A stretch of 63,257 nucleotides of DNA, filler included, from an uncultured Ignavibacteriales bacterium (GTDB lineage: Bacteria > Zixibacteria > MSB-5A5 > GN15 > JAAZOE01), in assembly GCA_964611355.1 (NCBI GenBank). It is 5 parts of 5 records of this genome, joined end to end, with 100 filler letters (N's around TTAATTAATTAA, not from the genome) between each part and the next. Parts side by side here need not be neighbours in the genome. Positions count along the whole stretch, not along the records: positions 51,382 to 63,257 come from CAZSYD010000065.1; 4 more parts are not named here. One strand, given 5' to 3'. Below are positions 59,923 to 63,257 of the stretch, piece after piece. Every line of letters begins with the position of its first letter. The first letter of the stretch is position 1. Both the position numbers and the translations under genes were made by a program. The notes under the pieces are model-generated. The model ran no database searches, was not told where the DNA came from, and was given only the letters and a program-made list of their open reading frames with translations.

Positions 59923-60890
59923 TAATAAATCAGTTTCATGTTCTCTCGTACTTTTGCCATCGTGGCCTGCGCGCGCTCGCGGGCCCGACTGGCGCCGTCT
60001 TTGAGAACATCGAAAACATAGTCCCGCTTTTCAACTAATTTTTTTCTTTTTTCGCGGATCGGTTTTAAGGTTTCATTCAGGTTCCCGGTTAAGCGCTTTT
60101 TGCATTCAACGCAGCCAAGTTCTCCGCTTTTGCAGGGAGCGACGATATCTTCATGATCCGGCGTGTATATTTGGTGAAGAAGGTAAACCGGACATATCTC
60201 CGGATGCCCCGGATCGCCCTTACGAAGTTTCTGCGGATCGGTAAACATCTTGCGCAGTTTCCGGGCGGTCTCTTCCTCGCTGTCGGCCAAGGATATATGA
60301 TTATTGAGCGATTTTGACATTTTCTGCCCATCGGTTCCGGGAATAGTCGGGAATTTGGTTAATAATGCCTGCGGCTCGTTAAATGTTTCCCCGTAAAGAT
60401 TGTTGAACCGCCTGGCAAGGTCGGCAGCCAGCCAGATATGTTTTTCCTGGTCTTTGCCGACCGGTACCTTATGGGCGTTGTAAGCCAGGATATCGGCCGC
60501 CTGAAGCACCGGGTAGCCCAAAAAACCGTAGGTATCGAGCCCCAGTTCCTCTTTTTTCTCGATATAGGTGGGCAGGCGAGTCAGGGTCGGCACGGTTATC
60601 AGCATTGACAACAGCAGATGCAGTTCGGCATGCTCCTTGACATCGGACTGGATAAAAATGGCGCATTTTTCAGGATCCAGACCACCGGCCAGAAAGCCGA
60701 CCGCCATTTGAAATACCGTTTCTTTAAGTTGGGATGTATTTTCACATTCGGCCGTGAGCGAATGCCAGTCGACGATGCACAAGAACATCTCGTAGTTGTC
60801 CTGAAGACTGACCCAGTTCTTGAGCGCCCCTTCGTAATTGCCCAGATGCAACAGGCCTGTCGGCTGCATGCCGGAAAGAATCGTTTTCAT
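59919..60890 (-). CDS. trpS: Tryptophanyl-tRNA synthetase
   Basis: SGMQPTG.LHLGNY, YPVLQAADIL, VPVGKDQ, KMSKS. Confidence 0.97.
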   Translation of the reverse strand: MKTILSGMQPTGLLHLGNYEGALKNWVSLQDNYEMFLCIVDWHSLTAECENTSQLKETVFQMAVGFLAGGLDPEKCAIFIQSDVKEHAELHLLLSMLITVPTLTRLPTYIEKKEELGLDTYGFLGYPVLQAADILAYNAHKVPVGKDQEKHIWLAADLARRFNNLYGETFNEPQALLTKFPTIPGTDGQKMSKSLNNHISLADSEEETARKLRKMFTDPQKLRKGDPGHPEICPVYLLHQIYTPDHEDIVAPCKSGELGCVECKKRLTGNLNETLKPIREKRKKLVEKRDYVFDVLKDGASRARERAQATMAKVRENMKLIYY

Positions 60891-60901
60891 TCCCTCTCCC
60901 G

Positions 60902-61411
60902 TCAGTCAAGAAACAGATACGGTCTCCACCTATCATCGGAAATTCCGATGAAACGTTGAATAAAGGTAATATGATTCGGGCGGCGCGGCTGGTGGGTCAA
61001 TTTCATACCGGCTTCTTCGGGAGACCTGTCGCCTTTCCTGTTATTACAGCGATCACAGGCGCAAACCATGTTCTCCCATGTGTCGCCGCCGCTCAACCGC
61101 CTCGGAAGAATATGATCGACCGTCATCGGTCCCTTCCTGTCGCCGCAGTACTGGCAGGTATGGCGGTCGCGCTTGATGATATTCTTGCGCGTCAGGAGTA
61201 TCCGCTTGTAGGGGACATTCACGTACCAGCTCAGGCGCACCACCGACGGCACCGGCATTGATCGGCTTACCGAATGTATTTTCTTGCCGTCGCAGGTTTC
61301 GACGACGTCAACTTTGCCCAGAAGCTGCATGCAGATTGCCCGTCGAACCGTGCAGACCGATAGCGGCTCGTAGTTTTGATTGAGCATCAGAACCGCCCGG
61401 TTAATCAACAT
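60902..61411 (-). CDS. HNH endonuclease (McrA-like, two CxxC)
   Basis: RDRHTCQYCG, TVDHILP, WENMVCACDRCNNRKG. Confidence 0.93.
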   Translation of the reverse strand: MLINRAVLMLNQNYEPLSVCTVRRAICMQLLGKVDVVETCDGKKIHSVSRSMPVPSVVRLSWYVNVPYKRILLTRKNIIKRDRHTCQYCGDRKGPMTVDHILPRRLSGGDTWENMVCACDRCNNRKGDRSPEEAGMKLTHQPRRPNHITFIQRFIGISDDRWRPYLFLD

Positions 61412-61453
61412 CGGTCAAAAACTCCTTCCGGCAACGTTATGGCAAATTAGTTA

Positions 61454-61481
61454 AAATTACAGACACTTGGGCAATTGTCAA
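61454..61481 (-). promoter_or_regulatory. sigma70 promoter of HNH-trpS-scpAB-rluB
   Basis: TTGACA-N16-TAATTT on minus strand. Confidence 0.55.
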
Positions 61482-61741
61482 CATCTATTTGAGTTTTGCT
61501 TTTGTGCCGGTATTCTCATGCTTTTCCAATATTTGCCACAACCGGTCCCTTAAATAGATATCTTGATTTAGTCTTAAACAGATCGCCGGTCTTATCGTAA
61601 TAATTTTGAGAACCTGGTTTCTGTGCAGTTTTTGAACAGGTCTCTGGCCGGGCTTGTGATTTGCTGCTTTACAGATAACGGAAGTAGTGTATATTTATGG
61701 TGATACCGCATTTGACTTCACCATGTCACGGGAGACATATC

Positions 61742-63257
61742 TTGAAAAGGGTTATATTCGTTATCCTGACGGTAACCGCCTTATACGCCAACGTCTTGGC
61801 GGATGATCTATACAAGGTTTCAATCAATAGCGAAGCCGATGCACAGGCTCTCAGAGCCGCCGGAGTTGAACCTGTTTTACCGGTAAGCGACGGTTACCTG
61901 GTTATGGCTGACCGGCATGCGGCTGAAAATATGCAAAAAAGCGGTCTGACTGCAGAATCTGTAGCCTCCGGCATATCAGCCGCTGAACTTGCGCTCGATC
62001 ATCGCCCTGACCGGCAAAACGTCAAAAAATATGAACTGGTCTTCGAAGAAGGCGACATGAGGCTTTACCGGGTCGACCCGGGACTGGCCCTTTCCGCCGA
62101 TTACGGCGACCTGACAACAATCGACAACAGCCGCCTTAAGATCAAGTATCAACCGCCAAAAGAATTATACCTGAACGCCTCTTTCGGCGATGTTGACCTT
62201 GACAGCCTGATCGGCCTGGTCGATCAGGACAGTCTCACGGCCTATGATTTGAGATTGGAAGCCTTCTTCCGGCGTCTGACCGGCACCGATTCCTGCTTCG
62301 CCGCCCGTGACTGGATTAAGGGAAAGTTTGAATCTTTCGGCTGCGACTCGGTAGTGCTTGACAGTTTTACAGGCCGGCAGATTCCGAGTTATGATGATGT
62401 CCCCAGCTTTAACGTGGTGGCCTATAAAACAGGCACGCGTTACCCCAATCGACAGGTAGTCATCGGCGGCCATTACGACGCCGTGCCCAACTGCCCCGGT
62501 GCCGACGACAACGGTTCCGGCACGGCCGGAGTTCTGGAAATCGCGCGAGCCATGAAAGATATCGAAACTGAGATGACCATGATCTTTATCGCTTTCGATT
62601 CCGAGGAATCAGGTCTCTGGGGTTCCAAGCATTACGCCAACGCCGCCGGTGAACGAGGCGACAACATTATCTATATGCTCAATATGGATATGATCGGATA
62701 CATTAATAATAGCGACACAGCCAAGCTGTATTCCGGTACGGTAATAGCCTACTCGCAATTATGGGGAGAACTTGCCAAAAGTCTGGAAGGCATCAACATC
62801 ACCGGCGTATTGATTGGAGGTTCCGCGGCATCAGATCATTACCCATTTCAGTTAAACGGGTATGACGTCAGCTTTGTCCATGAGTATATATTTAACGATC
62901 CTAATTACCATTCGCCGTCCGACAGCTCGGTATATATAAATTTCGATTACATGACCCGAATGATTAAAGCTTCGCTGGCGACGGCATATGTCGTCAACCG
63001 GGCTCCGCTGCCGGTTACCATTACTTCGATTCGCGACGGCGGCGACGGCCAGTCGATGCAGGTCAACTGGATCAGAACCGACCCCAACCGCATAAAGCAC
63101 TACATTGTCCATTACGATGCCAGTCAACCGTATGCCGACACGGTCTCCGGCGACAGCTCCAGCCATCTCGTGCAGGGGCTGTTCGAAGGCACCCAGTACG
63201 CCTTTTACGTAATTGGCGTTGATACCGAAGACAGAAGCTCCATTGCTTTTAACAAAA
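61742..63257 (+). CDS. Secreted M28 metallopeptidase with following Fn3-like domain (runs off window end)
   Basis: Not in ORF track; GGAG + TTG start MKRVIFVILTVTALYANVLA; NVVA, GGHYD, PGADDNGSG, DSEESGLWGS, NMDMIG, SDHYPF, YHSPSD. Confidence 0.9.
   Translation, partial: MKRVIFVILTVTALYANVLADDLYKVSINSEADAQALRAAGVEPVLPVSDGYLVMADRHAAENMQKSGLTAESVASGISAAELALDHRPDRQNVKKYELVFEEGDMRLYRVDPGLALSADYGDLTTIDNSRLKIKYQPPKELYLNASFGDVDLDSLIGLVDQDSLTAYDLRLEAFFRRLTGTDSCFAARDWIKGKFESFGCDSVVLDSFTGRQIPSYDDVPSFNVVAYKTGTRYPNRQVVIGGHYDAVPNCPGADDNGSGTAGVLEIARAMKDIETEMTMIFIAFDSEESGLWGSKHYANAAGERGDNIIYMLNMDMIGYINNSDTAKLYSGTVIAYSQLWGELAKSLEGINITGVLIGGSAASDHYPFQLNGYDVSFVHEYIFNDPNYHSPSDSSVYINFDYMTRMIKASLATAYVVNRAPLPVTITSIRDGGDGQSMQVNWIRTDPNRIKHYIVHYDASQPYADTVSGDSSSHLVQGLFEGTQYAFYVIGVDTEDRSSIAFNK

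Noticed and set aside
58307..61411. Wadjet/MksBEFG-like defence system (kleisin + kite + nuclease)
   Set aside because: ScpA/ScpB are canonical housekeeping forms in trpS-scpAB-rluB synteny; no SMC-like JetC or Toprim JetD

Overview
Bacterial draft/MAG sequence made of five unrelated contig pieces joined by artificial 100-nt N/TTAATTAATTAA/N linkers (13235-13334, 26523-26622, 39031-39130, 51282-51381), so adjacency across the linkers has no biological meaning. Secreted hydrolases carrying either a dockerin-like pair or a FlgD-Ig/'secretion-tail' C-terminus suggest an FCB-related lineage such as Zixibacteria (inference only). Piece 1: S8 peptidase, PAS kinase, REC-HisKA, then yicC-gmk-rpoZ-topA-xerC-hslV-hslU, plus a divergent Ala/Gly symporter. 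Piece 2: rplM-rpsI-(t44)-rpsB-tsf-pyrH-frr, CBS, uppS-cdsA-UbiA-NlpC/P60, lipoprotein MTA/SAH nucleosidase, SIMPL, an orphan FlhG/MinD ATPase, uvrC. Piece 3: exported prolyl oligopeptidase plus an active/inactive DUF3857-transglutaminase pair, GYD, DUF2784, C1A peptidase-dockerin. Piece 4: ECF sigma, ZAS anti-sigma, triad-less HtrA, CMD, tamB, tamA/bamA, DUF401, a pabB fragment, class IV aminotransferase. Piece 5: gyrA, GYD, a restriction-modification relic, maeB, HNH-trpS-scpA-scpB-rluB, M28 peptidase. No rRNA, tRNA, CRISPR or intact mobile element was seen. Best leads: (i) an ECF/ZAS envelope module built around a catalytically dead HtrA and linked to TamB/Omp85; (ii) consensus sigma28 promoters before the ribosomal operon and the orphan FlhG-like ATPase; (iii) the POP + transglutaminase operon with an unannotated leader peptide; (iv) an unannotated 36-aa signal-peptide ORF and two gene relics.
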